From: Candidatus Rifleibacteriota bacterium
GTDB lineage: Bacteria; Muiribacteriota; Ozemobacteria; Ozemobacterales; Ozemobacteraceae
Assembly: GCA_051747585.1 (NCBI GenBank)
Contig: JBNJGH010000011.1
Coordinates: 1 to 48,766, forward strand
Direction of reading: 5' to 3'
DNA length: 48,766 nt
Shown one piece after another: positions 1 through 9,027 of this stretch. How positions within the stretch are numbered: position 1 is the first letter of the stretch; each line of letters starts with the position of its first letter. Position numbers and translations under genes: made by a program. The notes under the pieces are model-generated. The model was not told where the DNA came from. It did not search any database and saw only the letters and a list, made by a program, of their open reading frames with translations.

Positions 1-2087
1 ATCATTTCATGTGCTATATCTGCATCGCGGATTCTTGATTCAGCTGAGGTAAGGTTGCTGGATGTATTCCTGAGATTGTTAATTGAATATTCAAGACGAT
101 TCTGGAATGAACCAAGTTTTGAACGTTCGCCCGATACCATATCCAACCCTTTGTTTAATCTGGCTAACGCCTCTTGAGCACCACCAACGGTTGTCATGTC
201 AAGGTTGTTTATTCCGAGAGCTTCAGAAGACATGTCTCCCATTGAGACCTGCATACTTTGTCCCGCATCGGCACCAATCTGAAACTGGGGTTTGTTATCC
301 ACAACATGCAATCTGAAGTTAGTATCTCCACTACCTTTGGCAACACCATTTTTGAGACCGAATTCACCTCGAGTAATTGCATCATCGATGTTAAGTGAAA
401 CTTCACTTCCAATTGAAGAACCGCCATCTATGTTTTCCTGCCCAACCCTTAAGGCTGTAAAGGCAAAAGAACCATTGACCGCATCCAGTCGGACATCAAC
501 GTTCGCACCATCAAGCTGACTATTAACCGTGGCCTGGAAAGCATTAACCTCAAAGAAGTCTGCTGCGGTTGCCGCCGAAACGGTTGTAAAGGCATTAAGC
601 GAAAGGGAGTCAACTCCGTCACCAACGCTGAAAGCAACATCGGTTGCGGTTGCAACTCGATACTTACTGAACCCTTCTATGACCTTGTCTTGATCTTTAC
701 TGCCTTCAACGAAGCCGCTGTGCAAGCCATTTTGGAGACCAATTTCATCAGCAGAAGCCGCTCCAATATTTATAGTTGATTCAATTGAAGCTGCAGTTGG
801 TTCAAACGACATTCTAAGCTCACCGCCAACCACTGCCGTATCCATACCGGATATACTTGTGGTTTGTGCATCGATTGAACGTGCTATACCTTCCATACTC
901 CAGTTACCCGCAGAGATTGTAACAGTCGCAACCTGCCCGCCTGCAGAAACCTGGAAAGTCTGATCTGCAGTAAGCTGCAAACCGGACTCAATTCCTCCTG
1001 AACCAGCGATCTGAGCAGCCTGTGATTCAAATTGAATATCGATTCCTTCGAGCAAACCAGCCGCTCTGTTGCTACTGGTTTTAATATTTCTCACATTTCC
1101 AGATGCATCTGTAAGAGTTACATTAACCAGAGATTCCGCAGAAGCTCTTACTTCAGACAGACCAAGAGAATCAACCAGTCCCTGATCTCCTGCTACGGTG
1201 AAGTCTCCCTGATCTCCTGCTGATCCAGATACGATTTCAATGTAACCACCCATTCCGCTGAGATTGGTTTGAGCAGTACCCACAACTCCAGCGCTTGAAT
1301 TATCGATGTCGAGACCGCTTGCACCGCCGAGCGCCTGCTGCAGTTCAGCCGCAAGCTGATCGAGGGTCATTTGTCCGTCAAGAGTTATATCAGTTGATTC
1401 TGCATTACCTGTCACAGTCATTTTTTGCGGTGAAGACAACGGAAAAATACCGTCCTCATTATAGAATTGAGCAATATCTTCGAGTTTGGTGTTTCCTTTT
1501 GCCAGCTGACCTGTGTCTTTGTCTGTGAAGATCTGAGAGCGTTGCATCTGAGAAATTCCGCCTTCTACCAGACCGATGCTTACACCGAAATCTCCACCAC
1601 CGTCTGTATTGCCGGCTACAACACCTTTTGCGTCTTTTGAACTTGAACTGATTAATGCTGACTGGCTTCCATCGAGAAGCTTTTTGGTATTGAACTCAGT
1701 TGATTGAGCTATACGATCGATCTCGTCACGCAGCTGGTTAACCTCTTTTTGAATCTCGAGGCGATCATTACTGGTAAGAGTATCGTTGGATGCCTGCACA
1801 GCGAGTTCACGCATACGCTGCATTATGCCCTGGGTTTCGTTTAGCGCTCCCTCAGCGGTCTGGATCATTGAAATTCCATCCTGAGCGTTAAGAGTAGCGC
1901 GATTTAGACCTCTGATCTGACGACGCATTTTTTCACTGATTGCAAGTCCTGCCGCGTCATCTGCTGCTGAATTGATTCTCAGCCCTGAACTGAGCTTTTG
2001 AATCGATTTTTCCAGCCTGTTGTTAGTTTGCTTAAGATTACCATAGGTTTGAATTGACAGAACATTTTGATTAATTCGCAACGACAT
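1..2087 (-). CDS. fliC: Flagellin (large, >695 aa; 3' end truncated by the window edge; absent from the ORF track)
   Basis: Manual translation from the ATG at 2087 (SD AAGGAGG upstream): [18 protein letters not shown]...[31 protein letters not shown]...[29 protein letters not shown]-terminal FQIGADAGQ...[19 protein letters not shown]...[18 protein letters not shown] at the window edge. No in-frame stop seen. Confidence 0.97.
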   Translation of the reverse strand, partial: MSLRINQNVLSIQTYGNLKQTNNRLEKSIQKLSSGLRINSAADDAAGLAISEKMRRQIRGLNRATLNAQDGISMIQTAEGALNETQGIMQRMRELAVQASNDTLTSNDRLEIQKEVNQLRDEIDRIAQSTEFNTKKLLDGSQSALISSSSKDAKGVVAGNTDGGGDFGVSIGLVEGGISQMQRSQIFTDKDTGQLAKGNTKLEDIAQFYNEDGIFPLSSPQKMTVTGNAESTDITLDGQMTLDQLAAELQQALGGASGLDIDNSSAGVVGTAQTNLSGMGGYIEIVSGSAGDQGDFTVAGDQGLVDSLGLSEVRASAESLVNVTLTDASGNVRNIKTSSNRAAGLLEGIDIQFESQAAQIAGSGGIESGLQLTADQTFQVSAGGQVATVTISAGNWSMEGIARSIDAQTTSISGMDTAVVGGELRMSFEPTAASIESTINIGAASADEIGLQNGLHSGFVEGSKDQDKVIEGFSKYRVATATDVAFSVGDGVDSLSLNAFTTVSAATAADFFEVNAFQATVNSQLDGANVDVRLDAVNGSFAFTALRVGQENIDGGSSIGSEVSLNIDDAITRGEFGLKNGVAKGSGDTNFRLHVVDNKPQFQIGADAGQSMQVSMGDMSSEALGINNLDMTTVGGAQEALARLNKGLDMVSGERSKLGSFQNRLEYSINNLRNTSSNLTSAESRIRDADIAHEM

Positions 2088-2089
2088 TG

Positions 2090-2225
2090 TGTTCCTCCTT
2101 GATTGTTGTCGTTTTTTGGCACTTCCTTGCGCCAAAACTCCTTAGTTTTCAGCCCGTTTTTTTCTTTAAGCCACCCCGCCTCCTTTCAATCTGGTTTGCT
2201 TTTAAAAAGGCCTATTTTTCCTTAT
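2090..2225 (-). promoter_or_regulatory. CsrA-binding-type 5' UTR of the flagellin (multiple AGGA motifs, one in a hairpin loop)
   Basis: The minus strand has five AAGGA motifs, including the hairpin TTTTGGCGC-AAGGAA-GTGCCAAAA (2113-2137) and the SD itself; csrA and fliW are in the same cluster. Confidence 0.75.
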
Positions 2226-2234
2226 CTACTAGGA

Positions 2235-2263
2235 TTATCGACATTAACCTGAACATCCCTTTG
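2235..2263 (-). promoter_or_regulatory. Probable sigma28 (FliA) promoter of flagellin 1
   Basis: CAAA-N17-GTCGATAA versus consensus TAAA-N15/16-GCCGATAA; good -10, weaker -35 and spacing. Confidence 0.6.
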
Positions 2264-2352
2264 CTTGATTTCAGGACCTCAAAGGGTATTTTGCTTATTT
2301 TTCTTTAAATTACATTGCTTTTCGGCCCAAAAAGCCTGATTTACTTTTTTTT

Positions 2353-2414
2353 AAAAAAGAAAGCCGCCCTTTGTTTACAATCAAAACTTTAAGATCGAAA
2401 CAATCAGGGCGGCT
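2353..2414 (-). terminator. Probable intrinsic terminator after the CoA-disulfide reductase gene
   Basis: Inverted repeat AGCCGCCCT (2362-2370) / AGGGCGGCT (2406-2414) with inner TTGTTT/AAACAA pairing, followed on the minus strand by a T-rich run. Confidence 0.55.
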
Positions 2415-2436
2415 GACGGAAGAGGGGAGTTATTAA

Positions 2437-4881
2437 CTAAATGAATAATCCTGAACTACTGTTACTCAACTCGTCTATATACATGGCAACGCCACCTATT
2501 TCTACGCCATCGATTAGTTCAGATTCTTTAATACCCATTACATCCATACTCATAGAGCAGGCAACGAGCTTAACCCCGTTTTCCTGAGCAAGCTTCAACA
2601 GATCTTTAAGGGAAGTTACGTTTTTATCAACCATAATCTTATTCATCATTGCCGTTCCCATTCCGGCCATGTTCATCTTGGAAAGCTTCAGACCATCAAC
2701 GCCTTTTGGAAGCATCATGCCGAACATTTTTTCCATAATGTTTTTATTTACCGGCTTTTCAGGATCTTTTCTCAGCAAACTCAAACCCCAGAAAGTAAAG
2801 AAAAGGGTTGTTTCATAGCCGGCAGCTGAAGCTCCATTTGCAATAATCAAAGCTGCCATCGCCTTATCGAAGTCATTACTGAAAATAACATTTGTCATTT
2901 TCCTGTCGCAGGATGAAACAGGCTTACATTCAGACTTTAAAGCTTTCTTGACAACTGCCCTGTATTTTCCTCCCGGGACTTTCTCAACCGAAACGCACTG
3001 ATTTCCGGTAGAATGACACCAGGCAGGCACATCGGCGGCAAAACCAGGATCCGTGGAAAGAACTTCTACCGCTTCTCCTCTAGTTAACTGGTCAACAGCT
3101 TTTCTGAGTTGTGCGATTGGTCCGGGGCATTGCAAACCAGAAGCATCTATCTGCTTAACAATATTTGCTGACTCGTCTTTTTCCTGTGGGACAATTTCTC
3201 CGGCTCCTCCGGTATCATCAACCATTTCGTCTTTGCTATATAGAGCTTTCTGATTGACCATACCATAAGTGTTATAACCTCCATCGAGGTTAGAAGCCCT
3301 AAAGCCCTTTTGTTTAAGAATTCTATAAGCCAAATAGCCCCTTAGACCGGCCCGACAATAAATCATATATTCTTTTTCAGGTTTAAGTTCATTGATACGC
3401 TCACGAATCTCGGTCAAAGGAATATGGATCGCTCCAGGTATAGCGCCTGCAAGGACTTCTTCTCGAGTTCTTACATCAAGAAGCTTTTTACTGTTATCAA
3501 ACTTTTCAATATCTTCTACATGAAAATGTTCTGCATGACCGCGCAACAAGTTGGCTGCAACCATTCCGGCATAATTTACCGGATCTTTGGCCGAACCATA
3601 GGGAGGAGCGTAGCAAAGTTCGAGCTCTTCGAGGTCATAAACGCTCATTCCAGCTCTTATTGCTACGGCCATTACATCAATTCTTTTGTCAACTCCATTG
3701 AGTCCTACGGCTTGCGCACCCAATACTTTCGCACTTTCAGGATCATACAAAACCTTCAAAGAAATTGAGGTGGCTCCGGGGTAGTAACTGGCGTGACTTG
3801 CAGGATGAACGTAGACCTTATCGTATTTCAAAGAGGACTTTTTTGCCTGCTTTTCGCTTAGACCGGTCATGGCAAAAGTCAAATCAAATATTTTACAGAC
3901 TGCCGAACCCTGAGTGTTAAGATATTTTCGCTCAAGCCCAAAAATGTTATCTACAGCAATTCTGCCCTGGCGGTTTGCCGGCCCTGCCAGAGGAATAAGA
4001 GCGGGCTTTCTGGTAATAAAGTCATAAACTTCAACCGCATCACCAACAGCGTAAATTGATGAATCACTGGTCTGCATAGATGGGTTGACCTTTATGCCGC
4101 CTGTTTCTCCGATTTCGAGACCTGCTTCTTTTGCAAGTTTATTTTCAGGGCGCACACCAATAGCCATTACCACAAAGTCAGCCTCAAATTTTTCTCCAGT
4201 GCTTATCACTGCCTTGAGCTGGCCTTCAATATCTTCAAATGAAGTTATCGATTGCCCCAGCCTCAAGTCAACCCCATTCATTTCAATCTCGGCATGGAGC
4301 ATAGAGGCCATTTCCGGGTCAGCAGGTCCCATGACTTGTGGAGCAAGCTCTACCAGAACAACATTGATGCCCATGTGACGCAATGATTCGGTCATTTCTA
4401 AGCCGATGTAGCCACCGCCAATTACCACGGCTTTTTTACTTCCTTCAGCAGAGGCTTTGATGCGATCCATATCCTCGAGATTACGTAAAGAATAAATCTT
4501 TTCATGTTCAATTCCGGGAACAGGCGGCTTAAAAGGCGCGGCACCAGGACTTAGAATCAAATAATCGTAGCCTTCTTCATAAATCTCATCTTTTTTTAAA
4601 TCTTTTATGCTTACTTTTTTGTTTTCACGATCGATAGTCATAACCTCATTAAGAGTTCTGACATCGATATTGAATTTTTCGTTCATTACCTGAGGAGTTG
4701 TAACCAGCAACTTTTCACGGTCATCAATCACACCACTCACATGGTAAGGTAAACCACAATTTGCAAAAGAAATGTGTTCACCACGTTCATAAAGAATTAT
4801 TTCGGCATCTTCGTTCAGCCTTCTGGCACGAGCAGCAGCACTGGCACCACCAGCCACACCACCAACTATTAAAATTTTCAT
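2437..4881 (-). CDS. CoA-disulfide/persulfide reductase fused to rhodanese, TusA(SirA) and DsrE/F-like domains
   Basis: GGVAGG FAD motif, SFANCGLPY active-site Cys, GGGYIG NAD(P)H motif, YAPPY, rhodanese loop YCRAGLRG, TusA motif DASGLQCPGP, DsrE2-like FFTFWGL...ACSMSMDVMG. Confidence 0.92.
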   Translation of the reverse strand: MKILIVGGVAGGASAAARARRLNEDAEIILYERGEHISFANCGLPYHVSGVIDDREKLLVTTPQVMNEKFNIDVRTLNEVMTIDRENKKVSIKDLKKDEIYEEGYDYLILSPGAAPFKPPVPGIEHEKIYSLRNLEDMDRIKASAEGSKKAVVIGGGYIGLEMTESLRHMGINVVLVELAPQVMGPADPEMASMLHAEIEMNGVDLRLGQSITSFEDIEGQLKAVISTGEKFEADFVVMAIGVRPENKLAKEAGLEIGETGGIKVNPSMQTSDSSIYAVGDAVEVYDFITRKPALIPLAGPANRQGRIAVDNIFGLERKYLNTQGSAVCKIFDLTFAMTGLSEKQAKKSSLKYDKVYVHPASHASYYPGATSISLKVLYDPESAKVLGAQAVGLNGVDKRIDVMAVAIRAGMSVYDLEELELCYAPPYGSAKDPVNYAGMVAANLLRGHAEHFHVEDIEKFDNSKKLLDVRTREEVLAGAIPGAIHIPLTEIRERINELKPEKEYMIYCRAGLRGYLAYRILKQKGFRASNLDGGYNTYGMVNQKALYSKDEMVDDTGGAGEIVPQEKDESANIVKQIDASGLQCPGPIAQLRKAVDQLTRGEAVEVLSTDPGFAADVPAWCHSTGNQCVSVEKVPGGKYRAVVKKALKSECKPVSSCDRKMTNVIFSNDFDKAMAALIIANGASAAGYETTLFFTFWGLSLLRKDPEKPVNKNIMEKMFGMMLPKGVDGLKLSKMNMAGMGTAMMNKIMVDKNVTSLKDLLKLAQENGVKLVACSMSMDVMGIKESELIDGVEIGGVAMYIDELSNSSSGLFI

Positions 4882-4892
4882 GAATATCCTCC

Positions 4893-5204
4893 TCAGGTCA
4901 GATATTTTACCAGAGCATCTTCAGTTTGAAGGCCCTGTAAAACCTGATCTGGTTGTCCGTCTTTAAATACAATAAGAGTTGGAATTGCATAAATATTAAA
5001 TTTTGAGGCTATATCGGGGCTTTCTTCGACATTCAGTTTTCCGATTTTTGCCTTCCCCTCAACTTTTTCTGCAACTTTGTCCAAGATAGGGGTCTGCATC
5101 TGACAGGGTCCACACCATGGAGCCCAGAAGTCTACCAACACAGTTCCCTTCTGGGTAAATTCATCAAAGTCTTGAGAACTCAATTTTTCTACATTTGCGC
5201 TCAT
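4893..5204 (-). CDS. trxA: Thioredoxin
   Basis: VDFWAPWCGPC motif, cis-Pro IPT, 103 aa, SD AGGAG. Confidence 0.96.
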   Translation of the reverse strand: MSANVEKLSSQDFDEFTQKGTVLVDFWAPWCGPCQMQTPILDKVAEKVEGKAKIGKLNVEESPDIASKFNIYAIPTLIVFKDGQPDQVLQGLQTEDALVKYLT

Positions 5205-5239
5205 AACAATTACTCCTTTTAAGATTTTCTTAATTACTC

Positions 5240-5256
5240 AGCACAAACCATGCCAA
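5240..5256 (-). promoter_or_regulatory. Sigma54 (RpoN) -24/-12 promoter of the trxA-reductase operon
   Basis: Minus strand TTGGCATGGTTTGTGCT matches YTGGCAC-N5-TTGCW with GG and GC correctly 12 nt apart, ~35 nt upstream of the trxA ATG. Confidence 0.7.
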
Positions 5257-5401
5257 AACGTAAAACTCTCTTTTTAAAAGGATTTCAATTAAAGACAAAC
5301 AAGCAAAAGAATCAAAGTAACGCAACCCTGCGCAACCAGACCGCAACCCAAAAACAAACAAGTTGCGCCAATATTTTAACTACAAGCCAAATCGCTAAAA
5401 T

Positions 5402-5429
5402 AAAAAGAGACCGCATTTCTGCGGTCTCT
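5402..5429 (-). terminator. Intrinsic terminator of flagellin 2
   Basis: Perfect 10-bp stem AGAGACCGCA-TTTC-TGCGGTCTCT followed on the minus strand by a T run, ~28 nt after the stop codon. Confidence 0.85.
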
Positions 5430-5456
5430 GGCGCAAACCTATGGGAGAAATTGTTT

Positions 5457-8075
5457 TTATCTAAGTAAATCGAGAACTGACTGAGCTGACACATTAGCCT
5501 GACCGACCATCGCATTACTTGCCTGTTGCAATATTTGTGCCTGAGTCATTTCTATAACCTCAGAAGCCATATCGACATCTCGGATACGTGACTCAGAAGC
5601 TGTCATGTTCTGCAGTCCCACCCGCAAACTGTTATTGGTGTAAGTCATTCGATTTTCGATAGCACCCAGCTTGGCACGTTCAGATGAGATTTTTTGCAAA
5701 GCCTTATCTACAAGTCCAATTGCAATTTCAGATGACTTGACTGTTGTCAAATCAAGATCTTCAATACCAAGCGCTTTACAGTCTGTCCTGATAATATTGG
5801 CTTTTGCAGTATGTCCTTGATTGGGGCCGATCTGAAATTGAATTGAGGTGTCTTTAACATGCATGGTAAAGGCATGATCGCCGACCCCGTTTTCATAAGC
5901 TACCGGATCGACATCCCAGGTCGATTTCAAGGTGTTTAATGAATCCGGACTACCGAGCTCGGTCATAACGACCTTGCCACTTTCACCCGGGATGGTTGAG
6001 AACAACTTCATTGTCTGAGCAGAAGTATTGATTTCTGCGTTTACCTTAACTCCATTTGTGCTCGCCTGACTGTTAATCAGATTAGCAATTGAAGTAATAG
6101 ACTTAAATGAAGTTCCTCCTGCCGCATCTCCGGCTGTAACCTGAATAACCATGCCGTTACCGTCGAGGTCAGCCACGTAGAATGACAAGTTGTCGGCTCC
6201 TGCCGACGCAGAGTTCTCAGCAATTACATATCCAAATCTGCTTGATGCCTGATCGTAGGCAAAATTCTGATCTGCGGCGTTACCATCAAAACCTGAAGTA
6301 GTAGTTTGTTCATGCATTCGCAAGCCCACAGAGACATTCTGGCCGCCACCATTATCAGTAATGGCAAAGTTTGATTCAACACCGGTTTCAAGCGACCTTA
6401 AAGAAAGAACGCCATTATCGTTTTCAGCCGCAACCTTAAGATTATTGGTACCGATCTGCATATTTATAGCTTCAACCAGTGAGTTAAGCCCGCCGGCAGT
6501 GTAATTACCCGTTAACTGTATAGTAGTCTGAGTTGAAGCAGAATGCCTGTCGGTAATCTGAAAATCAACTGTAGTACCGGCTTGTGAAAAATCGTAACTG
6601 TCGATAACATCATACGAAGTTGCAATCCCTGGATTTCCACCGCTTCCTGAATAACGGCCATTAGCAATACCTAGAGGATTAGATGGATCTGAATTACTGC
6701 TGATAGAAACATAAGCTGCCGAACCTGTGTTAAGAGTATACATTTCTAACGCATAATGGTCATTGACTTTTGCACGAACCAGACTGTTTGCAGTTTCAAG
6801 CTCATCATTCATGATCGAAGCCACTTGATTCATACTGAAAACTCCGCTTGCAACAGTTATAGCAACTGTTCCAGCAGCAGTAGTTGAATCATCGACATCA
6901 AAGGTGAAAGAAGAAGCAATAGAGATTCCGAGCTGGGCAGATGCAGTATCTACATGAGCGGAAAGAGGTGGTTCAAAGGCCAGATCAATCCCCTCGATCA
7001 AACCAGGAGCTCTGTGACCGGCAATCTGAGTGGTCATGGTTTCTCTTTCGCCATGAGGAACACCAAGGTTGGTAGTCGCAATAGAATACACCGGGTCTTC
7101 AGGAGCTACTACCTGCTGGAATCCAAGAGCTTTAACAAGCGCTTCTTCTCCAGTAAAGTTAACTCTTCCGAGTTCGCCATTACGGCCTGAAGTTACAATA
7201 AGCTGGCCATTATTTTCGCCATGGGTCATAAAGAGAGATTCAGAGCCTTCAAAGTGAAGACCATTACCAAGCTGATCCTCGGTCATTGCATCCTGAATTC
7301 TTGATGACAACTGATTCAGGGTTAGATCTTTACTTACAGTAATTTCCCCCTGCTCGTTGTCACCCTGCAGATGTAAGGTCTGTGGGAGATCGAGAATGAA
7401 GTGACCATTTGAATCGTAAAAGTTGGAAATAGATTGAAGGGTCGTGCTTGAAGAAGCAATATCTCCTTCAGTAGTCGTAAAAATGTTTGATCGCTGCTGC
7501 TCAGGTGTTCCGCGATCGACCTTCTGGCCTACACCGGGAACATGTTCAGACTTCGGCCACACAACAACAGAGAAATCAGAAAAGGTAAGAACCTCGCCGG
7601 TTACTATACCGTCAAGGTTTTTTGGATCGCTGGTAGAAATTTGCGCGGTTCCACTTCCATCAAGAAGTTTTCGCGTGTTAAATTCCGTGCCGGTAGATAT
7701 TCTGTTAATATCTTCCTTCAGCTGAGTGATTTCTTTCTGAATTTCCAGTCTGTCAGTTGTAGTGAGAGTGTCATTTCCTGACTGCAGAGCAAGCTCACGC
7801 ATGCGTTGCAACATACTATGAGTTTCGTTAAGTGCGCCTTCCGCAGTTTGAATAAGACTAATTCCATCCTGGACATTCATGATGGCCCGATTAATACCAC
7901 GCACCTGAGTGCGAAGCTTCTCGGAGATCGTCAAGCCTGCAGCATCATCTGATGCCCGATTAATTCTAAGACCGGACGAAAGGCGCTCGATTGAGCTAGA
8001 CAATCTGTTATCATTTGTTACCAGATTGCTATGCGCATTTAGAGCTGTAATATTTGTGTTAATACGCAGGGCCAT
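5457..8075 (-). CDS. fliC: Flagellin (872 aa, large central insertion)
   Basis: MALRINTNITALNA...[18 protein letters not shown]...QRMRELALQ; C-terminal FQIGPNQG...ERAKLGAIENR...ASESRIRDVDMASE...AQSVLDLLR. Confidence 0.97.
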   Translation of the reverse strand: MALRINTNITALNAHSNLVTNDNRLSSSIERLSSGLRINRASDDAAGLTISEKLRTQVRGINRAIMNVQDGISLIQTAEGALNETHSMLQRMRELALQSGNDTLTTTDRLEIQKEITQLKEDINRISTGTEFNTRKLLDGSGTAQISTSDPKNLDGIVTGEVLTFSDFSVVVWPKSEHVPGVGQKVDRGTPEQQRSNIFTTTEGDIASSSTTLQSISNFYDSNGHFILDLPQTLHLQGDNEQGEITVSKDLTLNQLSSRIQDAMTEDQLGNGLHFEGSESLFMTHGENNGQLIVTSGRNGELGRVNFTGEEALVKALGFQQVVAPEDPVYSIATTNLGVPHGERETMTTQIAGHRAPGLIEGIDLAFEPPLSAHVDTASAQLGISIASSFTFDVDDSTTAAGTVAITVASGVFSMNQVASIMNDELETANSLVRAKVNDHYALEMYTLNTGSAAYVSISSNSDPSNPLGIANGRYSGSGGNPGIATSYDVIDSYDFSQAGTTVDFQITDRHSASTQTTIQLTGNYTAGGLNSLVEAINMQIGTNNLKVAAENDNGVLSLRSLETGVESNFAITDNGGGQNVSVGLRMHEQTTTSGFDGNAADQNFAYDQASSRFGYVIAENSASAGADNLSFYVADLDGNGMVIQVTAGDAAGGTSFKSITSIANLINSQASTNGVKVNAEINTSAQTMKLFSTIPGESGKVVMTELGSPDSLNTLKSTWDVDPVAYENGVGDHAFTMHVKDTSIQFQIGPNQGHTAKANIIRTDCKALGIEDLDLTTVKSSEIAIGLVDKALQKISSERAKLGAIENRMTYTNNSLRVGLQNMTASESRIRDVDMASEVIEMTQAQILQQASNAMVGQANVSAQSVLDLLR

Positions 8076-8154
8076 AGGTTTGCCTCCATGACTAATTGGG
8101 GTTCAATCCGTTTATTTTTGCTTCGAAGCTTTATTTTTCCCCGTTCTATACCAA

Positions 8155-8183
8155 TCATCGGAATAACCAATAGCTAAACATTA
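8155..8183 (-). promoter_or_regulatory. Possible weak sigma28 promoter of flagellin 2
   Basis: TAAT-N17-TCCGATGA on the minus strand; degenerate match. Confidence 0.4.
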
Positions 8184-8235
8184 ACCCGGTTTCCGACAAT
8201 AATAGCCAATATTTGTTCCTTATCTTCGTTTTTCG

Positions 8236-8508
8236 TCATTTTTCTTTATTTTTTGGCTTAAGTTCCTTTTTGCCAAATTTTTTCATTACATCTTCAGGAA
8301 GTGTTTTAAGCGGATCAAGCGAAGTGATCTTAGCAGCTTCCTGATTTTCTCTTTGAATTTCTTCGTAGACTTCCCATCGATGCACTTTGACACTTCTGGG
8401 AGCATTAATTCCGATTTTTACCTGGTCTTTGCCGATATCTACCAGAACTATCTCTATTTCATCACCAATAATAATTTTCTCATTTATTTTTCTGGTTAAG
8501 ACCAGCAT
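8236..8508 (-). CDS. csrA: Carbon storage regulator CsrA (with C-terminal extension of the FliW-regulated type)
   Basis: [18 protein letters not shown]...[26 protein letters not shown]; directly follows fliW. Confidence 0.97.
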   Translation of the reverse strand: MLVLTRKINEKIIIGDEIEIVLVDIGKDQVKIGINAPRSVKVHRWEVYEEIQRENQEAAKITSLDPLKTLPEDVMKKFGKKELKPKNKEK

Positions 8509-9005
8509 TATCCCTCATCCTCCTTTTGATCGGAGTCGAGAGATTCCTGCACCTCTTTGATTTTTGCGGCACGCTTTTCCATTTCGTCAAGAATTCGAGC
8601 TTTGACCGAATGACGATTATTATTGGAAATAATCTGCCTGCCTTTGCGGGTTTTAACGTTGATAACCAGAGGGCCCTGTAGATTAGCCGTCATATCTTTT
8701 GGATTTGCCGGAATTGAAACGATTACGTAAATAACCGCATCATCTACAGTTTTAAGACCAATATACTCTGCATCAGAGTCAGCAATTTCAAGATCATATT
8801 CAAACATGAAGCTTAAAGGCTCAATAATAACGAATGCCAGTTTTCCATCATCAACACATTGCAACCAACGGAACGGGCTTCCGTCATCCGTATTGAGAAC
8901 AACATATCGATGGTAATCCCCAAAGCCCAGCAAGCCTTCTTCGAAGGTGATGATCTCTTCATCTACAATTTTAATTTTTCCAAATCTTGACGTGGAAAGA
9001 TTCAT
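8508..9005 (-). CDS. fliW: Flagellar assembly factor FliW
   Basis: TSRFG...[10 protein letters not shown]...PFRWLQ...LAFVIIEP...[12 protein letters not shown]; flgL-fliW-csrA order. Confidence 0.95.
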   Translation of the reverse strand: MNLSTSRFGKIKIVDEEIITFEEGLLGFGDYHRYVVLNTDDGSPFRWLQCVDDGKLAFVIIEPLSFMFEYDLEIADSDAEYIGLKTVDDAVIYVIVSIPANPKDMTANLQGPLVINVKTRKGRQIISNNNRHSVKARILDEMEKRAAKIKEVQESLDSDQKEDEG

Positions 9006-9027
9006 ATTTAACGCTTATTTCCTTCGT

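Noticed and set aside
1179..1222. Direct repeat TCCCTGATCTCCTGCT, twice
   Set aside because: Encodes AGDQG twice inside flagellin; only two copies, no array.
1380..1500. Suspected frameshift in flagellin 1, since it is missing from the ORF track
   Set aside because: Codon-by-codon reading stays in frame ([20 protein letters not shown]); the ORF is most likely omitted because its stop lies outside the window.
5250..5515. Small ORFs in the trxA-flagellin intergenic region
   Set aside because: They overlap the terminator, the phased repeats and the sigma54 promoter; no coding signal.
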